From an uncultured Acetatifactor sp. (lineage in GTDB: Bacteria; Bacillota; Clostridia; Lachnospirales; Lachnospiraceae), in NCBI GenBank assembly GCA_964588645.1, contig CAZPRB010000003.1, positions 9,553 through 73,552 of the forward strand: 64,000 bases of DNA, written 5' to 3'. Positions 29,950 to 38,743 of the stretch are shown one piece after another (positions within the stretch are counted from its first letter, which is position 1; the number at the start of each line of letters is the position of its first letter). The notes beneath the pieces are model-generated. The model had not been told where the DNA came from and made no database searches. It saw only the letters and a list, made by a program, of their open reading frames with translations. The position numbers and the translations under genes were made by a program.

Positions 29950-30504
29950 GTGCAATTCTTGAAATTTGAGAAGGTCAAAGATGGAAAATATCTGAAAAAC
30001 TACGAAATCACATATCAAAATAAGGTCGGTAAAGAAAAGAAATATGAGATTGTCAGCAGACGTGAGCTCAAAAATATTGATGACTTAGGCGGTGCCCCCA
30101 GTGGAGTCTCCATTGTGGCAATGCATGGAGACAGGATGCTTTTGTTGCATGAATTCCGCATGGGTGTCAATCGAAAAATATATAATCTCTGTGCCGGTAT
30201 GTTGGAACACGGCGAAGCAATAGAAGAGTGTATCGAAAGAGAATTGTATGAGGAGACCGGCTTACAGGTATCCTGTATCCGGAAAATTCTTCCGCCTTCC
30301 TATGCAGCAGTGGCAATTTCCGACACCACTACTTACATTGCATTTGTGGATGTTGAGGGAAAGTTTGCTGATCATACCTCCGATAACGAAGAAATTGATG
30401 CACGGTTTTACAATCGCGAAGAAATAAAAGCTTTGCTGGAAACAGAACCTTTCAGCTCCAGGGCACAGATGGCAGCCTATTTTTTTGCTTATTTCGATAT
30501 ATAA
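29950..30504 (+). CDS. NUDIX hydrolase (ADP-ribose pyrophosphatase-like)
   Basis: Nudix box AGMLEHGEAIEECIERELYEETG; GTG start with AAGGTGG RBS inside the rng 3' end. Confidence 0.9.
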   Translation: MQFLKFEKVKDGKYLKNYEITYQNKVGKEKKYEIVSRRELKNIDDLGGAPSGVSIVAMHGDRMLLLHEFRMGVNRKIYNLCAGMLEHGEAIEECIERELYEETGLQVSCIRKILPPSYAAVAISDTTTYIAFVDVEGKFADHTSDNEEIDARFYNREEIKALLETEPFSSRAQMAAYFFAYFDI

Positions 30505-30555
30505 AAAATATTCATTTATGATGCTAATAAACACAATACAGAAAGAGGAATTCAC

Positions 30556-31539
30556 ATGAAAATTTTTGCTTATGCATTACGCGAATTTGACGAAAAAGAA
30601 TTTTTTGAACAATTCTCCAAGGAATTTCATTGCGAATACGGGTATACCACAGAATATCCCAGTCCGGAGAATATAGAGCTGGCTCGCGGATATGATGCCA
30701 TCAGTGCCACACCATGTGATCTGGGGGCAGATATGCTGGAGCGCTTTTACGAAGTAGGAGTGCGCTACATTGCAACCCGCTCCATCGGCTTTGACCATAT
30801 CGATCTGGTACGAGCCAAGGAACTTGGAATCGGTGTTTCCCACGTATCCTATGCGCCGGAAACGGTTGCCGATTACGCTATTATGCTGATTCTTATGTGT
30901 TGTCGTAAAATATATCCGATTCTGGAACGCTCCAAGATTCAGGATTACACATTAAAAGGGAAAATGGGCAAAGATTTATGTGACTGCACTGTAGGAGTCA
31001 TCGGAACCGGTCAGATTGGCAAAACGGTAATGAAACATTTATCTTCCTTCGGATGTAAATTGCTTGCTTATGACCTTTTTCCCAACAAAGAATGTGCGGA
31101 ATTGGGCTCTTATGTATCTTTGGAGGAGCTATATGCAAAGAGTGATATCATCACACTGCACACACCTGCAAATGCAGAAAGCTATCATATGCTTAACAGC
31201 AAAGCATTTTCTCAAATGAAGGATGACGTCATCATTATCAATACCGCCAGAGGAGCCTTGATTGACACCGATGCGTTGATTGAAGCCTTGGAATCCGGCA
31301 AGGTAGGACATGCCGCCTTAGATGTTTTGGAGCAGGAAGATGGATTGTATTACAGCAATCGTATCGGAGATGTCATAAATAATCGTTCTATGGCAATTTT
31401 ACGTTCGTTCCCCAATGTCATTCTTTCTCCGCACACCGCTTTCTACACTGAAAAAGTAGTTCGTGACATGGCATATAAAGCCATTAAGAGCGTGCATGAT
31501 ATGATGAATGGAATTGAGAATCCGTTGGTGATTCTGTAA
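30556..31539 (+). CDS. D-lactate / D-2-hydroxyacid dehydrogenase
   Basis: RSIGFDHID, GTGQIG, INTARG, DVLEQE and SPHTAFYT motifs. Confidence 0.92.
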   Translation: MKIFAYALREFDEKEFFEQFSKEFHCEYGYTTEYPSPENIELARGYDAISATPCDLGADMLERFYEVGVRYIATRSIGFDHIDLVRAKELGIGVSHVSYAPETVADYAIMLILMCCRKIYPILERSKIQDYTLKGKMGKDLCDCTVGVIGTGQIGKTVMKHLSSFGCKLLAYDLFPNKECAELGSYVSLEELYAKSDIITLHTPANAESYHMLNSKAFSQMKDDVIIINTARGALIDTDALIEALESGKVGHAALDVLEQEDGLYYSNRIGDVINNRSMAILRSFPNVILSPHTAFYTEKVVRDMAYKAIKSVHDMMNGIENPLVIL

Positions 31540-31600
31540 GAAATTATTTCTGTTAGAGTATTCTATGAAAGTATTTCTGTGAGAGGAGAGTCAGTTGAAT

Positions 31601-32305
31601 ATGTCAGATACAGGTGGCTGTGATGAGCAAATTTGCAAGGATTTATTTACTATGCAGGATATAAAATATCGTGATTTTCACTCCAAATTGATTCCAACCA
31701 TAAATCCCGAGCTTGTCATCGGTGTAAGGACTCCCAAGTTGCGCAAATACGCCAAAAAGCTGTCCGGTACTCATACAGCAGATAACTTTGTGAATAATTT
31801 ACCACACAAATTTTATGAAGAAAACAACCTTCACGGATTTCTAATAGAAGAGAGAAAAGATTATGATTCTGTAATATCTGCGCTGGATTCTTTTTTACCA
31901 TATGTTGATAATTGGGCAACCTGCGATATGATTTCTCCGAAGGTTTTTAAAAAGCATTTGGACGAATTACAAAGCAAGATAAAAGAATGGATATCCTCAG
32001 AACATACCTACACCAAACGATTTGGTATCGGAATGCTGATGAAGTATTATTTGGACGATGAATTTTCCACGGAATATCTTGACCTGGTAGCTTCTGTAGT
32101 TTCTGATGAATACTATATAAATATGATGGTTGCCTGGTATTTTGCCACAGCACTTGCTAAACAATATGATGCAACGTTACCCTATATTGAAAAGCATAAA
32201 TTAAGTCTCTGGACACACAATAAAGCGATTCAAAAATCTGTCGAAAGTTATCGTATCACTTCAGAACAAAAAATATATTTAAAAAGTTTAAAGAGAAAAG
32301 CATAA
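31601..32305 (+). CDS. AlkD-family DNA alkylation repair protein
   Basis: IGVRTP, VDNWATCD and YYINMMVAWYFATAL motifs. Confidence 0.88.
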   Translation: MSDTGGCDEQICKDLFTMQDIKYRDFHSKLIPTINPELVIGVRTPKLRKYAKKLSGTHTADNFVNNLPHKFYEENNLHGFLIEERKDYDSVISALDSFLPYVDNWATCDMISPKVFKKHLDELQSKIKEWISSEHTYTKRFGIGMLMKYYLDDEFSTEYLDLVASVVSDEYYINMMVAWYFATALAKQYDATLPYIEKHKLSLWTHNKAIQKSVESYRITSEQKIYLKSLKRKA

Positions 32306-32395
32306 AAAACCCCTAAAAGAAAAGTTCCCGATGTGGAGCCAACTATGCGCAAAACAACAGTTTAACGAATAGTTGGATGTGTTTTAGTTAATATA

Positions 32396-32845
32396 CTACA
32401 TAATCTCTGCTGAATCAAGTACTATGGTGAAGGGACCGTCATTTAAAAGAGAAACCTTCATATCTGCTCCAAATTCTCCTTGTTCCACGACCGGTATTTC
32501 CTGCTTGCATTTTTCAATTATATATTGATATAAGGCTTCGGCCATTTGTGGTTCACCGGCTTTGATGAAGGATGGTCTGTTTCCCTTTTTGCAGTCCGCA
32601 TACAAGGTAAATTGGGAAATCAACAACAGTTGACCGTCTACGGTCTTTAAATCAAGGTTTGTCTTGCCGTTTTCATCCTCAAAAATCCGTAATCCAAGCA
32701 TTTTCTTAGTCATTTTATCAGCAATTTCTTTGGTGTCTTCGTTGCTGATGCCTATCAATACCATAAAGCCTTCCTGAATCTGTCCGATTATTTTTTCATC
32801 TACAGTTACGCTTGCTTCAGATACTCTCTGTATAATAAAACGCAT
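32396..32845 (-). CDS. dtd: D-aminoacyl-tRNA deacylase
   Basis: IQRV, SQFTL, GNRPSF and NDGP motifs. Confidence 0.97.
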   Translation of the reverse strand: MRFIIQRVSEASVTVDEKIIGQIQEGFMVLIGISNEDTKEIADKMTKKMLGLRIFEDENGKTNLDLKTVDGQLLLISQFTLYADCKKGNRPSFIKAGEPQMAEALYQYIIEKCKQEIPVVEQGEFGADMKVSLLNDGPFTIVLDSAEIM

Positions 32846-34222
32846 TTATTTCTCGTCCTCCAAATTTGAAGCATTTACATTGTCATAGGAATTCATTTTC
32901 TTGGAATCTATCCGACAGATAAATTCTTTGCCGAATACCACATTCCCTTTTTCCTTCTTCTTTAATCTATAGTCAGGAATATACTCATATAAGGTATTTT
33001 CCTTGATGGCTGCCACATTGATGTACGTATCCGTATCAACAGGCATGCTTTTGTTCTTTAATAAGGTACCGACGATGGACTTCATTGCAGCATAGATTAC
33101 CGCGAAAACAGGAACACCGATTATCATACCGAATACGCCGAATAAACCGCCAAATAAGGTAATGGAAAAAATGACCCAGAAGCCGGATAATCCGGTGGAA
33201 TCACCTAAAATCTTGGGGCCTAAAACATTGCCGTCAAATTGTTGTAAAATAATGATAAAAAGTGCAAAATATACACTATTGAGCGGGTGTGCCGGATCTA
33301 CTACAAAAACCAGAATGGTGCAGGGAACACCGCCCAAATAAGGACCAAAGACAGGTATGACATTGGTTACACCTACTACTACACTTACCAAAACAGAATA
33401 TGGTGTATGTAATATAGATGTTCCTACATAGCACAAAAGTCCAATGATGATGGAATCTAATATTTTGCCGCTGAGAAATCCGATAAAGGTTCTGTGGGTA
33501 AAGCGGAAATTATTGATAATGATATTGGCTTTCTCTGTATGAAAGAATGCATAGGTTAATTTCTTTGCCTGACCGGCAAATTTTTCTTTGCTTGCAAGAA
33601 CATAGATGGAAATCATAAAACCAAGCAAAAAGTCCCATAAGAAATCAAATAAACTAATGACACTCAGAGATACTGTCTTTATCAACTCACTTGTCTTTGA
33701 CAAAACATTATCGTTTAACCAGACTTCGAAGGTATCCGAAAAATTATCAATCAGCTTTATCACATTTGCTCCGATTTCCGGATAATCGTCTAAGATTAAT
33801 TTGTTCAACCACTTAATAAAATTATTAATATAGGTATCGAAATTAATGATAATATACGAGACACTTGGAACAATTTGTGACACAAGCATGGCTATCAGGC
33901 TGTAAATAACGGCGTAAAAAAGAAACACGGTCAGCACAATCGAGATTCCTCTGATAATCCTTGAGCGCTTCGCGGAAGCTTTGATTTTCAGCTTTTTACA
34001 GAGGGGATATATGATGCGATGCTCAATATTATTCAAGATAGGCGTCATCAAATAAGCCAACGAAAATCCCATAATAATCGGCAAAAGTAAACGCAAGGTA
34101 TTGCTTAAATTTTGTTTAATGCTTGTACCGTGAAATAGGAAGTAATAAAACAATAAACCCCCTGCAATTACAAGAAATGCAGTTATGCCCCATTGAAACT
34201 GTTTGTTATTCTTTAATTTCAT
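32846..34222 (-). CDS. AI-2E family transporter
   Basis: Multiple TM segments; AYLMTP, NVIPVFGP and QQFDGNVLGPKILG motifs. Confidence 0.92.
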   Translation of the reverse strand: MKLKNNKQFQWGITAFLVIAGGLLFYYFLFHGTSIKQNLSNTLRLLLPIIMGFSLAYLMTPILNNIEHRIIYPLCKKLKIKASAKRSRIIRGISIVLTVFLFYAVIYSLIAMLVSQIVPSVSYIIINFDTYINNFIKWLNKLILDDYPEIGANVIKLIDNFSDTFEVWLNDNVLSKTSELIKTVSLSVISLFDFLWDFLLGFMISIYVLASKEKFAGQAKKLTYAFFHTEKANIIINNFRFTHRTFIGFLSGKILDSIIIGLLCYVGTSILHTPYSVLVSVVVGVTNVIPVFGPYLGGVPCTILVFVVDPAHPLNSVYFALFIIILQQFDGNVLGPKILGDSTGLSGFWVIFSITLFGGLFGVFGMIIGVPVFAVIYAAMKSIVGTLLKNKSMPVDTDTYINVAAIKENTLYEYIPDYRLKKKEKGNVVFGKEFICRIDSKKMNSYDNVNASNLEDEK

Positions 34223-34399
34223 TAGACGACCTCTCTTCTGCTTTTTCGCCGATATATGATATATTATTCATATAATAATATAATACACTTAAAAATGTAT
34301 TATAACAAGTAAAGAAATTGTTTATGAAACTATTGTTTTTGCACATCGAAAATTATAAAATATTCCTAGAGAAAATCATCTTCCTGGATATGAAAGGAT

Positions 34400-35122
34400 A
34401 TGAAAATGAAGCTTCAACAAGTACTCAGCAAGGTACGCTGCGCAATGGATGACTATCAAATGATTGAAAACGGTGACCGGATTGCAATCGGAATATCCGG
34501 CGGGAAGGACAGCCTGACTCTCCTCTATGCAATAAGTCAGCTAAAAAAATTTTATCCCCTGGAGTTTGATATCTGTGCAGTCACTGTGGATTTAGGCTTT
34601 CAAAATATTAATTTTGAAGAAATTAAGACTCTGTGTAATACTTTAAATGTGGAATACAAGATTGTCAAAACGGAAATTGCTCAGGTTGTATTCGATATCA
34701 GACAGGAATCCAATCCCTGTTCCCTATGCGCTAAAATGCGGAAAGGAGCTTTAAACGATGCAATTAAGGAAATGGGCTGCAATAAAATTGCATATGCACA
34801 TCATAAGGATGATGTTATCGAATCCATGCTTATGTCGCTTATCTATGAAGGAAGATTTCACACCTTTTCGCCGGTTACCTATTTGGAACGTACCGGCATA
34901 ACCGTTATTCGCCCACTGATATATCTGGCGGAGGCGGAGGTGATTGGTTTTGTAAATAAATATCAGGTTCCGGTTTTGAAAAATCCCTGTCCTGTAGATG
35001 GTCACACCAAAAGAGAATATATCAAAACTCTTCTACGACAGATAAATCTGGAAAATCCCGGTGTAAAGAACAGAATGTTCACTGCCATACAACAGAGCAA
35101 TATGGAAGGATGGAATCTATAA
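34400..35122 (+). CDS. ttcA: TtcA-family tRNA thiolation PP-loop protein
   Basis: SGGKDS, CSLCAKMRKG, HHKDD and IRPL motifs. Confidence 0.88.
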   Translation: MKMKLQQVLSKVRCAMDDYQMIENGDRIAIGISGGKDSLTLLYAISQLKKFYPLEFDICAVTVDLGFQNINFEEIKTLCNTLNVEYKIVKTEIAQVVFDIRQESNPCSLCAKMRKGALNDAIKEMGCNKIAYAHHKDDVIESMLMSLIYEGRFHTFSPVTYLERTGITVIRPLIYLAEAEVIGFVNKYQVPVLKNPCPVDGHTKREYIKTLLRQINLENPGVKNRMFTAIQQSNMEGWNL

Positions 35123-36192
35123 TGGCTGTATTAAATAAAGATAATTACCATGACGAACAAAACAAGCAAAATATTCTCAAACTTCGGGCTGTACTGGATA
35201 CTCTTCCGCCCTTTTGTAAAACCTTTTTCCGCGGAATCGAGGACTATACTTCTACAAGAACCAGATTGGCATATGCTTACGATTTGCGTTTGTTTTTCGA
35301 ATTTCTACATGAAAAAAACAGCATATGTGCAAAGATGGATATGAAAGAATATCCGATATCTATACTGGAACAAATTACGAGAATGGATATTGAAGAATAT
35401 CTGGAGTACATGGGACTGTACCAGAAGGACGGCAAGGAAATCTCAAATGAAGAACGCGGTAAATCCAGAAAGCTTTCCGCTCTCAGAAGCTTTTATAACT
35501 ATTTCTTTGAAAATGAAATGATTGAAAAAAATCCTGCAGCCTTGGTTCCCCTTCCCAAACGCCACGAAAAGGAAATTATTCGTTTAGAACCAAATGAAGT
35601 GGCTATTTTATTGGACCAGGTGGAGGACGGAACAAAATTAACAAAAAAAGAATTGGAATACCATAAAAAAACAAAAATTCGTGATGTAGCATTGCTTACT
35701 CTTCTGCTCGGTACCGGAATCCGTGTCTCAGAATGTGTGGGATTAGATATTTCAGATATTAATTTTGATGTTGGCGGAATTAAAATCAGGCGTAAGGGAG
35801 GATATGAGGCAGTTATATACTTTGGAGAAGAGGTAGAAACTGCGCTGCTTGATTATCTTGAACAAAGGGAACATATCATTCCGGTTGAAGGACATGAAAA
35901 TGCACTGTTTTTGTCCCTGCAAAACCGCAGAATGGCCGTCCGCTCCGTAGAAAATTTGGTCAAAAAATATGCCTCAAGGGTCACAACCTTAAAGAAAATT
36001 ACGCCCCACAAATTGCGCAGTACCTACGGAACCACTCTCTATCAGGAAACCGGAGATATCTATCTGGTTGCAGATGTCCTTGGACACAAGGATGTAAATA
36101 CCACAAGAAAACACTATGCTGCGCAGGAGGATGAACGGCGCAGACGCGCAGCCGGAGCTGTACAGCTCAGAGAGAAAAGAGAAAAACAATAA
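35122..36192 (+). CDS. Xer-type tyrosine recombinase (XerS/XerC-like, 356 aa)
   Basis: Intact catalytic set GIRVSE, RKGG, PHKLR, LGH and HY; TAATG overlap with the ttcA stop. Confidence 0.92.
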   Translation: MAVLNKDNYHDEQNKQNILKLRAVLDTLPPFCKTFFRGIEDYTSTRTRLAYAYDLRLFFEFLHEKNSICAKMDMKEYPISILEQITRMDIEEYLEYMGLYQKDGKEISNEERGKSRKLSALRSFYNYFFENEMIEKNPAALVPLPKRHEKEIIRLEPNEVAILLDQVEDGTKLTKKELEYHKKTKIRDVALLTLLLGTGIRVSECVGLDISDINFDVGGIKIRRKGGYEAVIYFGEEVETALLDYLEQREHIIPVEGHENALFLSLQNRRMAVRSVENLVKKYASRVTTLKKITPHKLRSTYGTTLYQETGDIYLVADVLGHKDVNTTRKHYAAQEDERRRRAAGAVQLREKREKQ

Positions 36193-36194
36193 CA

Positions 36195-36587
36195 CTATTT
36201 CACAAAATCAGATGAATAATAAGGAACTACCAGATGCTGACCGGCTTTGATATCTGCTTCAACATTCAAATGATTAATACTTCTTACCTCTTCTATGTAG
36301 GCATTCCTATCCTCGTACTGTTCATAATCAATGTACTGCTCAGCGATATCCCATAGTGTGTCGCCATAGGCTACGGTAATACTGGTATAATATTTGAAGG
36401 TCAGATCCTTTCCGGTATCAGCGCTGGATTTCAGGGAGCAATAAGATACAGCACATACCATAATGAGACAAAAGGTCATCAGAAACAGCATGCATCGGCG
36501 TCTGATTTCACGACGTCGTCTTAAGCTTCTCTTATATGCTCTCAATTCTCTGTCTGTCATCTCCGAAATATGTAATCCGCAATTCAT
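36195..36587 (-). CDS. YneA-like LysM SOS cell-division suppressor
   Basis: Basic N-terminus, TM helix and LysM (GDTLWDIA...IKAGQHLVVP); divergent from lexA. Confidence 0.88.
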   Translation of the reverse strand: MNCGLHISEMTDRELRAYKRSLRRRREIRRRCMLFLMTFCLIMVCAVSYCSLKSSADTGKDLTFKYYTSITVAYGDTLWDIAEQYIDYEQYEDRNAYIEEVRSINHLNVEADIKAGQHLVVPYYSSDFVK

Positions 36588-36607
36588 AATACATCTTCTC
36601 CTATCTG

Positions 36608-36691
36608 CAAACATCTGTTCTGTTTGTATTATATCGAACATATATTCTTTTGTCAAGCAAAAATCGAACATATTTTTGGAATATATGTTTG
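36608..36691. promoter_or_regulatory. Four LexA (Cheo) SOS boxes between yneA and lexA
   Basis: CAAACATCTGTTCT (36608), CGAACATATATTCT (36635), CGAACATATTTTTG (36665) and GGAATATATGTTTG (36678) against CGAAC-N4-GTTCG. Confidence 0.88.
36628..36656 (-). promoter_or_regulatory. Sigma-A promoter of the yneA-like gene
   Basis: Minus strand TTGACA-17-TATAAT with an SOS box in the spacer. Confidence 0.88.
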
Positions 36692-36717
36692 CTTTTTGCC
36701 ATTTCCTGTGTTATACT
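36689..36717 (+). promoter_or_regulatory. Sigma-A promoter of lexA
   Basis: TTGCTT-17-TATACT with extended TG. Confidence 0.7.
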
Positions 36718-36772
36718 TAATGTAATAACTGAAAATGCTGTGATAGAAGCTTTTAAAATGGAGGATACATAC

Positions 36773-37390
36773 ATGGGATATGGTAAGATTACTGCCAAGC
36801 AGCAGGAAATTCTGGATTATATTAAAGATGAAATTTTGAAGAGAGGTTATCCGCCCACAGTTCGTGAGATTTGTGAAACGGTACATTTGAAGTCTACCTC
36901 TTCCGTTCACTCTCATCTTGAGACCCTGGAAAAGAACGGATATATCCGCAGAGATCCTACAAAGCCCCGTGCCATTGAAATATGTGATGACAGCTTTCAA
37001 ATGGTTCGTACCGAGATGGTGAGTCTTCCCGTTATCGGAAATGTAGCTGCAGGTACTCCTATTTTAGCAGAGGAGAATATCGAAGAATACTTCCCTGTTC
37101 CGGCTGATGTCGTTCCCAAGGGGGAATCCTTTATCTTAAATGTCAGAGGAGATTCCATGATTAATGCAGGTATCTTTAACGGAGACCGTGTTTTCGTGCA
37201 CTCCTGCAATACAGCCCGTAATGGCGAGATGGTTGTAGCTTTGATTGATGATTCCGCCACTGTCAAGACCTTTTACAAGGAGGACGGTCATGTGCGTTTA
37301 CAGCCGGAGAATGATTCCATGAGTCCCATTATTGTTGATAATTGTCAAATTTTGGGAACGGTTTTCGGCGTTTTCCGCTTCTATCGGTAG
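36773..37390 (+). CDS. lexA: SOS repressor LexA
   Basis: GYPPTVREI wHTH, VAAG cleavage site, GDSM Ser and ATVK Lys; start ATG 36773 after GGAGG. Confidence 0.98.
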   Translation: MGYGKITAKQQEILDYIKDEILKRGYPPTVREICETVHLKSTSSVHSHLETLEKNGYIRRDPTKPRAIEICDDSFQMVRTEMVSLPVIGNVAAGTPILAEENIEEYFPVPADVVPKGESFILNVRGDSMINAGIFNGDRVFVHSCNTARNGEMVVALIDDSATVKTFYKEDGHVRLQPENDSMSPIIVDNCQILGTVFGVFRFYR

Positions 37391-37405
37391 CTTTATTTGT
37401 ATTTT

Positions 37406-37434
37406 GAATAATTTTTTCCTGAATGGATATCCTA
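37406..37434 (+). promoter_or_regulatory. Sigma-F/G-type forespore promoter
   Basis: GAATA-N14-GGATATCCTA upstream of DUF378. Confidence 0.55.
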
Positions 37435-37485
37435 GTTCTTGTAGTACAACATTGCGCTGGTTAAACGCGCGGAAATGAGGATGTC

Positions 37486-37701
37486 ATGGGAAATAAATTT
37501 TTAGATGGTACGGCACTGACCATTGCAATCATCGGTGCCATCAACTGGGGCTTGATCGGAATCTTCCGTTTTGATCTGGTTGCTTTTATTTTCGGCGATA
37601 TGTCCTGGTTATCACGCATCGTATATGCGCTTGTAGGTATTTGTGGAATTTATCTTCTGACCTTCTATATGCGCCTTGGCGATAACGGTAGCGAAGCTTA
37701 A
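37486..37701 (+). CDS. DUF378 small membrane protein
   Basis: IIGAINWGLIG...FDLV...SRIVYALVG signature. Confidence 0.92.
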   Translation: MGNKFLDGTALTIAIIGAINWGLIGIFRFDLVAFIFGDMSWLSRIVYALVGICGIYLLTFYMRLGDNGSEA

Positions 37702-37720
37702 AGAAATGTACTTCTATATA

Positions 37721-37766
37721 AAGTTCCCCCTTTCATTAATCAGAATTATTTATGAAAGGGGGACTT
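37721..37766. terminator. Bidirectional terminator between DUF378 and rsfS
   Basis: AAGTTCCCCCTTTCAT...ATGAAAGGGGGACTT stem between convergent genes. Confidence 0.85.
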
Positions 37767-37778
37767 TATTATGAAACA

Positions 37779-38126
37779 TTATAGTTCTTTTATATTAATC
37801 TGCTTTCCGTCTCTCCAGATTCTTTCCAAATCATACAACAGACGGTTTTCCTTATCAAAAATATGAACAATGATATCTCCAAAATCCAGAAGTATCCAGT
37901 TGGCAGTATCATAGCCTTCGGTCTGCTTTGCAGGACATCCCGCACGCCCAAGCTTCTCATCTACATTGTCACAGAGTGCTTGAATCTGACTTCTGTTGCT
38001 ACCGCCTGCGATAATAAAATAGTCCGCTATCACGGAAACTCCACTGATATCAATCACCTTAATGTCTTCTGCTTTTTTATCCTCTAACGCTTCAATGGCT
38101 AGCCTTGCTATTTCCTTTGAATTCAT
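37779..38126 (-). CDS. rsfS: Ribosome silencing factor
   Basis: DKKAEDI, ADYFII, WILLDFGDIIVHIF and YDLERIW motifs. Confidence 0.96.
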   Translation of the reverse strand: MNSKEIARLAIEALEDKKAEDIKVIDISGVSVIADYFIIAGGSNRSQIQALCDNVDEKLGRAGCPAKQTEGYDTANWILLDFGDIIVHIFDKENRLLYDLERIWRDGKQINIKEL

Positions 38127-38141
38127 TCTTCATTACTCCTT

Positions 38142-38729
38142 TCATTTCGTCTCATCCGTTTCTCTGTCATAATAGGCAAAGGTATCGGCTGTCATCCTGT
38201 CTATTTCTCCACCGCGCTCCTTCAAATACGTCAGAGTGTCTTCCAATATTCTGAGCAATGCTTGGTCCAAATTGACAAATGCAGTTTTACGTATTTCGGG
38301 TAAATTGGGAGCACTGCTTCTTCCGGGTTCAATGTAATCAGCCACAAATATAATTTTTTCCAGAAGACTCATTCCGGGTCTTCCTGTTGTATGATACAAA
38401 ATTGCATTCAATACATCCTGGTCAGAAACTTGATAATCCTGCTCCGCCAGAAAGCTTCCCACCTTGGAATGAAGCAGGGAAGCCTTTGTTTTCTCCAATT
38501 CCGTTACACTGAGATGATTTTTTTTACAGATGGATACCATATTCTCTAATGAAAGACACTTTGCGCAGTCATGTAACAGACCCGCAAGCTGCGCCTGATA
38601 AACGGAGCCGTTATATCGCATTGCCAGTGCAGCGGCTGTGTATGTCACACCTAAGGTGTGTTCATACCGTTTCTCATCCAGAATTATTTGTAGTTTTTTT
38701 CGGATATCAATCAGATTGTTTGCATTCAT
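38142..38729 (-). CDS. yqeK: YqeK HD-domain Ap4A hydrolase
   Basis: RYEH, LLHDCAK, HTTG and ADYIEP motifs; follows nadD. Confidence 0.93.
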   Translation of the reverse strand: MNANNLIDIRKKLQIILDEKRYEHTLGVTYTAAALAMRYNGSVYQAQLAGLLHDCAKCLSLENMVSICKKNHLSVTELEKTKASLLHSKVGSFLAEQDYQVSDQDVLNAILYHTTGRPGMSLLEKIIFVADYIEPGRSSAPNLPEIRKTAFVNLDQALLRILEDTLTYLKERGGEIDRMTADTFAYYDRETDETK

Positions 38730-38743
38730 AATAACACCTTCTG

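Noticed and set aside
30556-31539. VanH-like glycopeptide resistance gene
   Set aside because: No D-Ala-D-Lac ligase, vanX or vanRS nearby; an ordinary D-hydroxyacid dehydrogenase fits.
34361-34390. TATTCCTAGAG resembling one arm of Bacillus-type dif
   Set aside because: No matching TTATGT-type partner arm at 6-bp spacing.
30500-34400. Low-GC stretch as a genomic island
   Set aside because: It includes core genes (dtd, AI-2E transporter) and has no mobility genes or flanking repeats; terminus-associated AT richness explains it, though alkD alone could be acquired.
35122-36192. Recombinase as a prophage or ICE integrase
   Set aside because: No att-flanked cargo, tRNA target, excisionase or phage genes; it is coupled to housekeeping ttcA.
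36588-36772. Long N-terminal extensions of the LexA and YneA ORFs (similarly RecU, ObgE, NadD, LspA)
   Set aside because: The ORF caller used upstream alternative starts; RBS positions and family N-termini support the shorter starts, and the LexA/YneA extensions overlap promoters.
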